A DNA stretch of 63,768 nt, counting the filler, from Octopus bimaculoides (lineage: Eukaryota): the NCBI RefSeq assembly GCF_001194135.2. It is 4 parts of 4 records of this genome, joined end to end, with 100 filler letters (N's around TTAATTAATTAA, not from the genome) between each part and the next. Parts side by side here need not be neighbours in the genome. Positions count along the whole stretch, not along the records: positions 1 to 28,938 come from NC_068981.1; positions 29,039 to 47,139 come from NC_069003.1; 2 more parts are not named here. One strand, given 5' to 3'. Below, piece after piece: positions 24,985 through 37,387 of the stretch (its first letter is position 1; the number at the start of each line of letters is the position of its first letter). The position numbers and the translations under genes were made by a program. The notes beneath the pieces were generated by a model. The model was not told the DNA's origin and did not search any database. It was given only the letters and a program-made list of their open reading frames with translations.

Positions 24985-26050
24985 ATGAGAGTTAGGTCAA
25001 GTAGGAAAATGGCTGCCTTCAAACATTTTAGATGAGTCCAACACAATACTTCCTTTGTCACAGCCACCCAAACAGAAAAACTTACTTGTTCGACACAAGC
25101 CCATAATTCGCCAATGGATACTGAACGATGATGTACAAGACGATTTCCCGTCTTCCACCACCTCACCCTGCATGCTTCTCAGACAGGTTCGGTCATTTGT
25201 TCTTCCGTGCCTGGAGAGCATATCTCTAACACATCTGTAGCATTGGCATGCTAAGGAATTTTGGAAGTTGTCCATAGTCCCCAACCTGAAAATCCCCCAG
25301 AAGAGAATACCTGGACTGTTCCCGTTGATGCTCAGAGTAAATCCCGAGTCGTTGTTGCTTATACCTTCAACTAGTCCTCTATAAAAATCTAGAGTTGTTT
25401 TCCTGATGAAGGCCTTGTCCAGCTGGTACAGTGCTGTGAGTACCTGGCAACATTCTAGATGCCAAACACACAAACTTGGTTTACGTTTGACTAATGACTG
25501 CAGCTCGGTCAAAGAGTCAAGTTGAAGAGAGGTGTGCCGCTCGAAAGACGCCTATGCCAATTCATCTTTGTTTTCCACTTCGATGGCGTCGACGTCGAAG
25601 ACGCCATCGAAGTGATCCAGGTATTCCTGCAAGGGTGTCAGCGTCAGCGCGCACCAAAACATCACAAGGGACGGCATTCCAAGACCACTACAGAGTGGAT
25701 GTTGACAACAGATCAACTTACTGATCATCGGACCCTGACCCTTCCAAGAGAAGCGTAAATGCAAACGCTGAAATCTGGTCAGATGTTTCTTAGGACAAGG
25801 CATGACGGTGAGGCGGTAGTACACTACTGCTATGTATGCATTAGCTAATTCCGCCAGACCTTTTAGATGCAACATTCTCCCGGCATATTTCTGTGTGGGA
25901 TTAGCCACCCTGTTCCTGACCTCCTCCTTGTTCCTATCCATCCGAAGGTTTGGTCCAGACTCAAAGCACCTTCCTCAGGTCCTCAGCCCATCGAAAGAAA
26001 TTGCTGCTGGTCAACACGGACTTGCTCCTCCAAGTGTCTAGTTGCCTAGC
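24985..26050 (-). mobile_element. L1-clade (Tx1-like) ORF2 thumb/C-terminal fragment
   Basis: LHLKGLAELANAYIAVVYYRLTVMPCP...FSWKG...CCQHP..GLGMP (ORF 25552-25941) and FWGIFRLGTMDNFQNSLACQC (ORF 24997-25512); homologous to 710-1570. Confidence 0.85.
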
Positions 26051-26351
26051 AGTCTAGGTTTGTATGTGCTCCTGTAGATCCCTTGTATTCTCTCAGTATA
26101 GTGTCGATCGCTTCTGTAACTGTACATTATTAACAGGGCGCTGGCATAGTTATCCACGTCAGTGTATTCGAGAGCACATCTAATAAATTCAAATGATTAC
26201 TTAAAAATGTAAATGTGCGTGATTATAAGATGGAAAGGCATATTTTAAGTAATTAAATCTAATTTAACTCCATCTCAGATAAAGGGACCAATTTATAACT
26301 ACGTACATTTATTTTTACATACATACATACATATATACATACATACACGTA

Positions 26352-26352
26352 T

Positions 26353-26412
<60 letters not shown>
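26352..26412. repeat. (GA)n microsatellite
   Basis: Directly visible. Confidence 0.95.
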
Positions 26413-26417
<5 letters not shown>

Positions 26418-26874
26418 GTATATCTGTTTGGATGCATGAATCTATGTGTATCCGTGGGGAATATTTATAGACAAATCATTTCTATAAATATACTTTCGGT
26501 TTCGAAAGTATAACGTTCTCTTATCATCCGTAGTAAAAAGGATTTCGTTTATATACTTATTTATTTATTTATTTATTTGTTTGCTTGTTTCGTAAATATA
26601 TATTTTGATGAAACTGGGGATTTATGCACGTGCGTATCATCTAAATATAGATTTTTGGGGTTTTTAATTTATTTCAAATATACTAAATTTCTGTATATTA
26701 GCCTTTTAGTTAAAACATGGCTTACAATGATTTTTATAAAGAAACATATCATTCATAAGCATAGCAAGAGTGAGGAACGCAGGATCAGACGCTCGCAGGC
26801 GCAATTAGGAAGGCCGTAAAGTTTCTTCTTACAATGCTTATTAATCTACAGATCTTTTCTTTTATCTTTATCTT

Positions 26875-27090
26875 ATCACTTGTTTCAGTCGTTAGACTGC
26901 GGCCATGCTGGAGCACCACCTTGAAGAAGTTTAGTCGAACAAATCTACCCCAGTACTTATGTTTTTTTAAATTATTTTTTTAATTTTTAAGCCTGAACTT
27001 ATTCCTTTTGTCTCTTTCGCTGTACCGCAGAGTTACGGAGACAAGCACACCAAGCGGTTGGGAAGCAAATTTCTTACCATACAGCCACGT
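26875..27090 (-). mobile_element. SINE family A, internally deleted
   Basis: tgtttcagtc...actgcggccatgctggagcaccacc block and cttaccatacagccac head remnant. Confidence 0.8.
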
Positions 27091-27363
27091 TATTTATTTT
27101 CACTTTTTTTTCGCCCAACTTATTTACGTGGATATTCTTTGATTTATACGTCAAAGGATACGTAATTACATTATAGAGCACTTTGTTTAGAAAAGGAAAC
27201 GATTTATGGATTATTTGATTTGCTCTTCTTATAGAAAAATAAATAAATAGATAAATAAATAAATAAATAAGTCGTGATTAGTTTCATGATTAGTTTTAAG
27301 ATCATGTAGCCAATGAACCACTTAAGAAACAGACTGCGGGAAAACGAACGAGCAATTTTCTCC

Positions 27364-27404
27364 TGACGTCACTTACGTTTTGCCATTAGGCGAAATCTCA
27401 TTGG
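27364..27404. promoter_or_regulatory. Candidate CRE (TGACGTCA) plus inverted CCAAT box in CpG-richer unique sequence
   Basis: TGACGTCA at 27364-27371 and ATTGG at 27400-27404; no linked gene identified. Confidence 0.2.
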
Positions 27405-28140
27405 ATTGTTGAAACTACATACAACGATGCAAATACTGGCTCATTGCTTTTATCAATGTAAACGATGAAGACGTCTTATGAAGTTTCGGATTTATCTCTA
27501 TTTACTCACAATTTCACAACTACCACGGTTGAGTATTGCTTTCACTTATATATATATGTATATATGTATATTCCTGATTAATCATTTGGTTTTTTTTTTT
27601 TTTTTTTTCAAATAACTTCTTCCTTTATCTGACTGGCATTAAATAATCCAGATGAATTTTCTACATGTTTATTTTGTATCTTTGTTTATTGTATTTATGA
27701 ATATATTTTTCTTGTGGTATAGTCTGTCTCTTTGAAAAGATTTGTTAATTCCATAGTAAATTCGCGCAAAAATTTCTCAGGAATAAATATTTCTTTAGAT
27801 ATATATCTTTATGTTANNNNNNNNNNNNNNNNNNNNNNNNNNNNNNNNNNNNNNNNNNNNNNNNNNNNNNNNNNNNNNNNNNNNNNNNNNNNNNNNNNNN
27901 NNNNNNNNNNNNNNNNNNNNNNNNNNNNNNNNNNNNNNNNNNNNNNNNNNNNNNNNNNNNNNNNNNNNNNNNNNNNNNNNNNNNNNNNNNNNNNNNNNNN
28001 NNNNNNNNNNNNNNNNNNNNNNNNNNNNNNNNNNNNNNNNNNNNNNNNNNNNNNNNNNNNNNNNNNNNNNNNNNNNNNNNNNNNNNNNNNNNNNNNNNNN
28101 NNNNNNNNNNNNNNNNNNNNNNNNNNNNNNNNNNNNNNNN

Positions 28141-28172
<32 letters not shown>

Positions 28173-28628
28173 TGTATGTGTGTGTGTGCGTAAAAAGTTG
28201 AATAAATGACAAGGGAACAAGAAATTATGTAATGAATTTCATTAGCTTACAGCTGTTTCTGCTACAAGGTGTAATACACACTCGTAGCCGAGTGCTTGCG
28301 TATCGGCTTACATAACTTGTTCCCTTGCCATTTATTTAATTTCTTATTACACTCTGTACTCGTTTTCTCTGAAGTATAAGTATACTGACTTCTAATACCT
28401 GATTATTAGTATCACTGTGCCTAAGTGAAATGTAACCACATACATACATACATACATACATATAGTACAATCCTTACAGAGCAGAAAAATGTGTCAGCTC
28501 TGTAAGGATTTTATCCTATATATGCTGTCCTATCAGTATTTATACGTTGAAAAATATATCTTTCTACTTGTATTCCAATACATTTCAGCGCTTCAAGAAA
28601 CAAACTTATGTCTGTTTACATATGACGT

Positions 28629-28666
<38 letters not shown>

Positions 28667-28669
28667 AGC

Positions 28670-28925
28670 CAAGTTATTCTGTCGGTCTCTTACCCAACCG
28701 CTAAGTTACGGGTACGTAAACACACCAACATCGGTTGTCAAGCGATGAAGGGGGACAAACACAGATACCACACACACATATGTCTACCAAATCAACTCAC
28801 AAGGCCTTGGTCGGCCCGAGGTTATAGTAAAAGACACTTGCCCTAGGTGCCACGCAGTGGGACTGAACCTGGAACCATGTGGTTAGGAAGCAAGCTTCTT
28901 ACCACACAGCCACTCCTACGCCCTA
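28670..28925 (-). mobile_element. SINE family A, 5' two-thirds
   Basis: ccgctaagttacggg...cccaaggtgccacgcagtgggactgaacc...cacagccactcc. Confidence 0.9.
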
Positions 28926-28982
28926 TATATATATATATNNNNNNNNNNNNNNNNNNNNNNNNNNNNNNNNNNNNNNNNNNNN

Positions 28983-28994
28983 TTAATTAATTAA
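28983..28994. other. Artificial TTAATTAATTAA six-frame-stop linker inside an N gap (also 47184-47195 and 59651-59662)
   Basis: Identical palindromic 12-mer in the middle of three N runs; contains TAA in all six frames. Confidence 0.9.
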
Positions 28995-29038
28995 NNNNNN
29001 NNNNNNNNNNNNNNNNNNNNNNNNNNNNNNNNNNNNNN

Positions 29039-29089
<51 letters not shown>

Positions 29090-29309
29090 TTCTATGCAAT
29101 TGCACATTTGCCATATTGGGATAACATTCAGTAGTGATAATTTCCAAACAAAAATTCCTGTGTTGCTAACATTTCTCTTCAGAGCTTATATAAATGTAAA
29201 TCTTTTTTTTTTTTTTTAATCTTTGTCTAGTCAACAGAATCCAAGATCAATAAGCCTGTTAAACATTTGCAATAATTAATTACACCTATGATAAGGCATT
29301 GAGCTGGCA

Positions 29310-29485
29310 GGATCATTAGCACAGTGGCAAAATGCTTACCAGCATTTCTTCTGTCTTCATGTTCTGTTGTGTTTGATTTTGTCTTTCATCCTTTTGGGGT
29401 CAATCAAATAAGTACCAGTTGAACACTGGAATCAGTGTAATCAACTGACCAAAATTGCTGGCCATGCACCAAAATTTGAAACCAT
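29310..29485 (+). mobile_element. SINE family B with (ATT)n tail
   Basis: gagctggcaggatcattagc...ctttcatccttttggggtc...aagtaccag...aaatttgaaaccattattatt. Confidence 0.85.
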
Positions 29486-30008
29486 TATTATTATTATTTT
29501 ATGTTTGACTTTTGCTTTGCATTTGTACAAGTTGGATCCAAGTCTCACCCAGAGACCTCAAGAGACAACAAGTTAGAAGTTCATGTAGGTGTTATGCCTA
29601 GGGTACCATATATTTGGATTTGTACATAGTGTTGTTCTAGTGAATGTTTAAGAAACCATAAGAAAATTATGTGTTTGTTTTAAAATTTGAGATCACATAG
29701 ACAGTATTTTACGTAGGATATGAGCAGTTCCCATGAGCACTATCTTTTGAACTTCAGCCATTTTGGGGTTTCCTGGTATCTGAGCTAGGTAGTAATCAGC
29801 CCGTTTTGCTGTCATTCCCAGGACAATAGGTATTGTTTTAGTCTTCAGGTTCCACATTTTACTAATTTTTATTTCAAGATCTTTATATTTGCTCAGTTTT
29901 TGAGCAGGTCTTGACAGATACGTTTATATTGATTGGGACAGTCATATCAATGAGGAGGCATGATTTTTGTCTGAAGTCTTTCAGTATGATGTCTGGCCTA
30001 TTTGCATC
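29483..30008 (-). mobile_element. R4/Dong-clade retrotransposon 3' end (restriction-like endonuclease and 3' UTR)
   Basis: ANRPDIILKDFRQKSCLLIDMTVP...DLEI.ISKMWNLKTKTIPIV...GTAHILRKIL*; (AAT)n on both sides of the sense strand. Confidence 0.9.
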
Positions 30009-30060
<52 letters not shown>

Positions 30061-30229
30061 GTTAATATTGGGGTGGCAAGCTGGCAGAATTGTAACGTGG
30101 AGGAATGTAGTGGCGGACAAAACAAAACAGGAAAACGAAACAGATATATATGTATGTATGTATTATGTATGTATTATGTATACACATCACACACACACAC
30201 ACACATATATATACACATTATTTAATAAA

Positions 30230-32114
30230 CACATTATATGTTTTCATGTGCTGAGAGCATGACAGACAATATTTTTTTAACACAACAGGTGTCCTAGCAC
30301 AATCATCAGGCACTGCCCATATGGTATAACAAACTAAAAATGAGATGATAGGATGAAAGAAAAAGCAAGAAAAGATGAGAAAGAACTAGATGTAAAAGAT
30401 GAAAGGTTGAAAAACCAGAAAACGAAAAAGAAAACAGAAAGAAGCAAAAGGGGAGAATTAGTTATTTCCCCTTAGACCATAAAATATAAGGCTGAAATGA
30501 TAGTAGCTTAGAGTCTGTGGTACAGTTGTTCAATCCAGAGAGGGTGGCACTTTCCAATTCATCAGCAGGAACTTAGCCATATGCTTACAACTGCTGAAAA
30601 TTTTGGACCTAGAATTCAGCACTATGTTAGAGTTCTTAGATCTGTAAAGAATCTGAGTTCTTTCAGGTATGCATAGCTTACACTTTTCTGATCCGTTAAC
30701 TTATGGTGTTCATTTTTTGACTATTTTCCACTTTATTGTATGTGGTATGATGTTCAATTTCAAACCCCATACATGGCTAGCCAGCTTAGTAGCTGTACTT
30801 ATGTTCCTGTGTCAGAAGGAAGATATGCGATTAGCATAGCGATTTTTGAATTTGCCTTCATGTAGTCCAATATAGCTCTTCTTATCAGGTGTGTTATTAT
30901 CTAGTGTTACTGTAACTTGTTCCTCATATATGACAGATTTAATCATGCATCCCTGGTTGAGTGGACAGGTTTCCTGGATCCCAACAGTTACAACAGAGAG
31001 TGGGCTCTTGGTGTTGTTCTCATGTAATAATGTTTTTTATATTGGGGCAGCAGCTATATGATAATTTCACTGAGTGCCTGTTAAATATCTTCCTGTTCTT
31101 GTGATTTTCTGGAAACTGTGTCTAAGAGAGACAGGGATCTTTTACTTACATTAATTTTTACATAAATGGAAAAGTGGGGTGTGAACCAAATTATTTTCCT
31201 AGGTCTATTTTTAGGTCTATTATTATTATTATTATTATTCCTATTAATATTAGAGGGGTTATATATTAATTTATTCTTAAGGCCACTATTAGCTAGGGCA
31301 TTGTTTTTGTAGGGCACTGCCTTCTTGAAAATTTCTTTAGAGGGAGAAGCATTAGAAACTCTGTTACTAATGTTGGCTATCAAGTTTTTAAATATTACAG
31401 GAGGGTGACAAGACTGTTTATGTATAAAGGAAAGTTTCTTGATGGGCTTATGGTAAGGTTTATAAGAGGAGGAGTTCAGGTCTAGGAAAACATTTAAAAA
31501 ATCAACTTTTGACAGATTAGTAGCGACTGTGATTTTAAGGCCTAATTGACTGATGGTAGAAGTAAGTTGTTTCTTAAATTTATCAAGGGTGTAACCATCA
31601 CAGCCATGGGGAAGTACTCAAACCATCATTTCGGAATAGACCAACATCATGAGATGGATACTCAGATCTCAATGTGTTTAATACAAAGACACCCACAAGA
31701 TTACAGATGTTAACACTTTTGTATGACCCCATAGATACGTTGAATAATCCATCATTATCTGATTTTTTTCTACTCATGCTGAGCCGTTAATAAGTAGTAG
31801 TGTTTTCCTCACATGCCTGATAAAGTCCAGGTCTACAAGGATTATATCAACATATGATTTAGCAAACTCAATGACTTTATCCAGCAACAATCTAGATACG
31901 GAAGGATAAAAATCTATAATGTCAAACTGAGTGAATCTCGTCCTATTCTTATTCTTAATGTTCTTGAACCAGTATTACAATAAAACTATTATTCCATTGT
32001 TGAAGCCTAGTGGCCTCTCTAATTTTATTATTAATATTTCTTAGTATTTTTTTTGTTACTAGATCAATTCCAGATCTCACACAATTTAACAATCTACAAG
32101 TGGGGTTAATATAC

Positions 32115-32115
<1 letters not shown>
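30230..32115 (-). mobile_element. Penelope-like element, probably Hydra-type: RT to GIY-YIG and 3' UTR
   Basis: NPTCRLLN...QWNNSFIV, FTQFDI.DF, RKIIWFTPHFS..VK.NV and CPLNQGCMIKSVIY...SYIGLHEGKFKNRYAN...CKLC. Clade label inferred from the motif pattern. Confidence 0.85.
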
Positions 32116-32167
<52 letters not shown>

Positions 32168-32328
32168 CATACATGCACACACACATACACACACACATAC
32201 ACACACACACACACAGATATATATATAAATATATATTGCCTAAAATGAGAAATGGTCTCCTTTGCAAATTAGGTATGTATTCATCTTTGCATTCTAATCT
32301 ATCATCAATTTTAACGTTTATACATATA

Positions 32329-32361
<33 letters not shown>

Positions 32362-32379
32362 GCATACACACACATACAT

Positions 32380-32600
32380 ATATATGAAACAGTTTTTGTT
32401 CACCAAATTCACCCACAAGGGCTATCAAGGCTCAGGGCTATCAAGGCTCAGGGCTATCAAGGCTCAGGGCTATCAAGGCTCAGGGCTATCNNNNNNNNNN
32501 CTATCAAGGCTCAGGGCTATCAAGGCTCAGGGCTATCAAGGCTCAGGGCTATCAAGGCTCAGGGCTATCAAGGAAGAGACACTTGCACTAATGGGGCTGT
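32380..32600 (-). mobile_element. SINE family A fragment containing a 16-bp minisatellite (gctatcaaggctcagg, 32420-32572, gapped)
   Basis: Flanks ccaaattcacccacaagg and gaagagacacttgc are SINE A sequence; tandem units are visible. Confidence 0.85.
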
Positions 32601-33381
32601 ATAGCTGATTTTAATCTTGAACCGCATAAATTGCAAAACGCACCACAAATATTTTTTGTTTTTGTCTGTTCCTTTCTTCTGCTGATGACATCACCGGGTT
32701 TATTATTCTCTTATGAATATATTATCTGAATTATTTAACCTCAAACAATTAATTATTATGTAACACTTTTTGGTGTTTAACTGTGCTGTTAAACTTTGTA
32801 ATATATTGATTTCTTTCAGGTGGATTCAGGATTGGGGGATTGGTGATGTCTTTAGTCATTCTTACATCAATGGTTTCATGTGTGTGTATGTGTGGGACTT
32901 GTGGCTGTGTATGCATGTGAGTGTGACTTGTGGTGTGTGTGTATGAGTTGTGTGTGTGTTTGACTTGTGTGTACGCTTGTGTGAGTTTTGTGTGTGGTGT
33001 AATCAATACATGTATCGTCTTACAAGTTTGACAAAACCACCAAACACACAACAAAGCATTGTGTCATGATTTTCTTTTTAGAGAATAAATAACTTCACTT
33101 AGGTGTACACAAAAACCATGTTGCAAATAAATATTTAGGTTACTTCAAATGTTGTACCAAGGATGAATTCATATCTAATTTGCAAAGAACATTTCTCGTT
33201 TTAGGCAATATATATATACCTATATCCATGCATGTGTGTATGTGTGTGTGTAAATATATGTATACATATTAATTGATATATGACCAAGACCTTTGGCGAT
33301 ATGAGAAGACCCATCAGGCCAAGTGAAATCATGGTCATGACAGATACTTGTGCCATGAAAATATGACTATATGAATATTTT

Positions 33382-33514
33382 TATTAATATTTAGCAGCAG
33401 CATCTGAGTGACTCAAGAGCCAAGAATTTCATGCATTGGCACTTATGAAAGTGCCAACACATGAAATTCTTGGCTCTTGAGTCACTCTTGAGTTTCTTCT
33501 GCTAAATATCAATA
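33382..33514. repeat. Palindromic (foldback) element family P1, short copy
   Basis: Perfect 28-bp arms at 33406-33433 and 33460-33487, inner 9-bp arms around a 4-nt loop, outer arms tattaatatttagcag / ctgctaaatatcaata. Confidence 0.92.
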
Positions 33515-33520
33515 AATATG

Positions 33521-33589
<69 letters not shown>

Positions 33590-33599
33590 NNNNNNNNNN

Positions 33600-33695
33600 A
33601 GCCTAGTGTAGCTATCTGGATTACCAGTCCTCAGTCAAATCGTCCAACCCATGCTAGCATGGAAAGCGGACGTTAAACGATGATGATGATGATAT
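33600..33695 (+). mobile_element. 3' tail of a SINE/RTE-type element ending in (GAT)n
   Basis: cagtcctcagtcaaatcgtccaacccatgctagcatggaaagcggacgttaaacgatgatgat; same tail reversed at about 45050. Confidence 0.8.
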
Positions 33696-33994
33696 GTATA
33701 TATATATATATTTATATATAACAAGACAGGAATCTGGACAATTTTTTGATATTTATTCAATGGTGAATAAATAATACCCAAAAAATTTTCCAAATTATTG
33801 TTTTGTTATATAATAACTCTTCAAACATTATACATATTTCCAGAATTTTCAACTCTAATATGTACCTCACATCAATACAACAATGACAGCAACTACATAC
33901 TGGAGTGTAATACTGGAATAAATGGATATCCTTCAAAAGAAACACCTTGAATTTTTTCCTTACCTACATTATATATATTTATATGCTGAGACCC

Positions 33995-34430
<436 letters not shown>

Positions 34431-34639
34431 ATAACAGGCAAAGTGAACCATGATACTATTTGATCTCAGAACTAATGAACCAGAAGAAATGCTGCTAAGA
34501 ATCTTATCCGACACACTAACAACTTTGTTGGCTCACCGTCTTCATGACACAGATTAATTCAGGACCACTTCCCAAAGAAGTCTGCTCCATTGATTGCTAA
34601 CGACTGAATTGCCAATATACTCTATTTTAATATGTATGA

Positions 34640-34795
34640 TGAGCTTCTTTCAGTTTCTGTCTATAAAATCCACTCACAAGGCATTAGTTGGCCAGAGGCT
34701 ACAGTAGAAGAGACTTGCTCAAGATATCATACAGTGAAACTGAACCTGGAACTATGTGATTGAGAAGCAAACTTCTTACCGCACAACCAAGTCTA
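34640..34795 (-). mobile_element. SINE family A, 5' part
   Basis: ttctttcagtttctgtc...ccactcacaagg...ctgaacctggaactatgtg...cttcttacc. Confidence 0.8.
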
Positions 34796-35267
34796 CACTT
34801 ATTTTGCTTGTCTTGTTTCGTTTTTTTTTTACTATTTTTTTAATATGGCTGAAAAGGTCGTTCTGGAAAGTTTTCAATTTCCAGTCTCAAGTCCAAATGG
34901 AATTTAATTCCTTGCAACAGTTTTAGCATGTCTCAGTTGAAATTCACATGGCATTTCAGCAATAATTTATTACAAAATCATTGATATTTATTGGTTTAAA
35001 CACCTTTTTGGTGTACCCTTGTTCCGTGTTTCTAAAGGTTAACAGCTATTTGGGAGGACAGCTGGGTTAACGTTGTGCTTCTTTTGTTCAGGAAATGGAC
35101 AAGCACAAGTAAATTATCCAGTCTATCAATTATTTACTACAACTACTACTACTACTACTACTATTAGCAGTAGAAGTAGTAGTTTTATCATGATTAATGT
35201 TGTTGTTACTGTTATTATTCATAGTTTTTACTTTGATGCAATCAATTTGCCCTTCTTTTCTTGCACA

Positions 35268-35307
<40 letters not shown>

Positions 35308-35317
35308 NNNNNNNNNN

Positions 35318-35357
<40 letters not shown>

Positions 35358-35579
35358 ATATATACAGTGTATACATATATACATACACATGCACACACAT
35401 ATATATATGTATGCATGTATGTATCTATATATGTATGTATGTATTATGTGTATATATGTATGTATATATTATGTATGTATATATATATGTATGTATTATG
35501 TATATATATATATATGTATGTATTATGTATTTATATATGTACACACACACACACACACACACACACATATGTATATTGC

Positions 35580-35770
35580 TTTCAAATTTTGGCACAAGTC
35601 CCGCAATTTTGGGCAAGGAGGTAAGTATCAATTACATTGATCCCAGTGCTAAAATGGTACTTGATTCATTGACCCCAAAAGGATGAAAGGCAAAGTCAAC
35701 CTCAGTGGAATTTGAACTCAGAACATAGTGACAGCTGACATGCTGGTGTGCTAACGATTCAGTCAGCTTT
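35580..35770 (-). mobile_element. SINE family B
   Basis: tttcaaattttggcacaag...ggatgaaaggcaaagtcaacctcagtggaatttgaactcagaac...gctaacgattc. Confidence 0.85.
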
Positions 35771-36839
35771 CTACATTTCACATGTATATATATATATATA
35801 TATATATNNNNNNNNNNNNNNNNNNNNNNNNNNNNNNNNNNNNNNNNNNNNNNNNNNNNNNNNNNNNNNNNNNNNNNNNNNNNNNNNNNNNNNNNNNNNN
35901 NNNNNNNNNNNNNNNNNNNNNNNNNNNNNNNNNNNNNNNNNNNNNNNNNNNNNNNNNNNNNNNNNNNNNNNNNNNNNNNNNNNNNNNNNNNNNNNNNNNN
36001 NNNNNNNNNNNNNNNNNNNNNNNNNNNNNNNNNNNNNNNNNNNNNNNNNNNNNNNNNNNNNNNNNNNNNNNNNNNNNNNNNNNNNNNNNNNNNNNNNNNN
36101 NNNNNNNNNNNNNNNNNNNNNNNNNNNNNNNNNNNNNNNNNNNNNNNNNNNNNNNNNNNNNNNNNNNNNNNNNNNNNNNNNNNNNNNNNNNNNNNNNNNN
36201 NNNNNNNNNNNNNNNNNNNNNNNNNNNNNNNNNNNNNNNNNNNNNNNNNNNNNNNNNNNNNNNNNNNNNNNNNNNNNNNNNNNNNNNNNNNNNNNNNNNN
36301 NNNNNNNNNNNNNNNNNNNNNNNNNNNNNNNNNNNNNNNNNNNNNNNNNNNNNNNNNNNNNNNNNNNNNNNNNNNNNNNNNNNNNNNNNNNNNNNNNNNN
36401 NNNNNNNNNNNNNNNNNNNNNNNNNNNNNNNNNNNNNNNNNNNNNNNNNNNNNNNNNNNNNNNNNNNNNNNNNNNNNNNNNNNNNNNNNNNNNNNNNNNN
36501 NNNNNNNNNNNNNNNNNNNNNNNNNNNNNNNNNNNNNNNNNNNNNNNNNNNNNNNNNNNNNNNNNNNNNNNNNNNNNNNNNNNNNNNNNNNNNNNNNNNN
36601 NNNNNNNNNNNNNNNNNNNNNNNNNNNNNNNNNNNNNNNNNNNNNNNNNNNNNNNNNNNNNNNNNNNNNNNNNNNNNNNNNNNNNNNNNNNNNNNNNNNN
36701 NNNNNNNNNNNNNNNNNNNNNNNNNNNNNNNNNNNNNNNNNNNNNNNNNNNNNNNNNNNNNNNNNNNNNNNNNNNNNNNNNNNNNNNNNNNNNNNNNNTA
36801 TATATATATATATAGATAGATAGATAGATAGATATACAC

Positions 36840-36880
<41 letters not shown>

Positions 36881-36889
36881 TGTATGAAG

Positions 36890-37165
36890 GTGCATGGCTT
36901 CTGCTCATGAGCATAGGATCAGGTGCTTGATCTCCGGTGGCACATTATGCCCTTGAGCAAGAAACTTCATTTCACATTGCTCCAGTTTACCCAGCTGGCA
37001 AAATTAAGTTGTACGTGTAATTCAAAGGTCCGACCACGTCACATTCTGTGTCAGACTGAATCTCTTCGGGAACCAGGTTAAGGGTATGTGTGTCTGTGGA
37101 ATACTCAGTCTCTTGCAAGTTAATTACATGAGCAGGCTCTTCTGTTGATCAGATAAACTGAAACA
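36890..37165 (+). mobile_element. Decayed tRNA SINE (Meta-like core plus the 3' domain shared with family C)
   Basis: cccttgagcaagaaacttcatttcacattgctccag, then gttaagggta...tgtctgtggaatactcag...gagcaggct...gttgatcag as in 44523-44905. Confidence 0.7.
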
Positions 37166-37258
37166 CACATCATTGTAGCTGATGGAGTGCCTGTTATACA
37201 CACACACATACACACATATATACATAAATATACATATATATATATGTATATATATATC

Positions 37259-37313
<55 letters not shown>

Positions 37314-37335
37314 AANNNNNNNNNNGGTGTGTGCA

Positions 37336-37387
<52 letters not shown>

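Noticed and set aside
28983-28994. TTAATTAATTAA recurring three times as a biological motif
   Set aside because: Always centred in N runs and encodes six-frame stops; an assembly or annotation linker.
32420-32572. Regular short repeats as a CRISPR array
   Set aside because: Head-to-tail units with no unique spacers, inside a eukaryotic SINE, and no cas genes.
35748-36914. Long ORFs of 345-378 aa
   Set aside because: Almost entirely X from an N gap plus (TA)n; the same applies to the ORFs at 13.3, 18.1, 22.2, 27.8, 37.5, 50.1, 54.1 and 58.7 kb.
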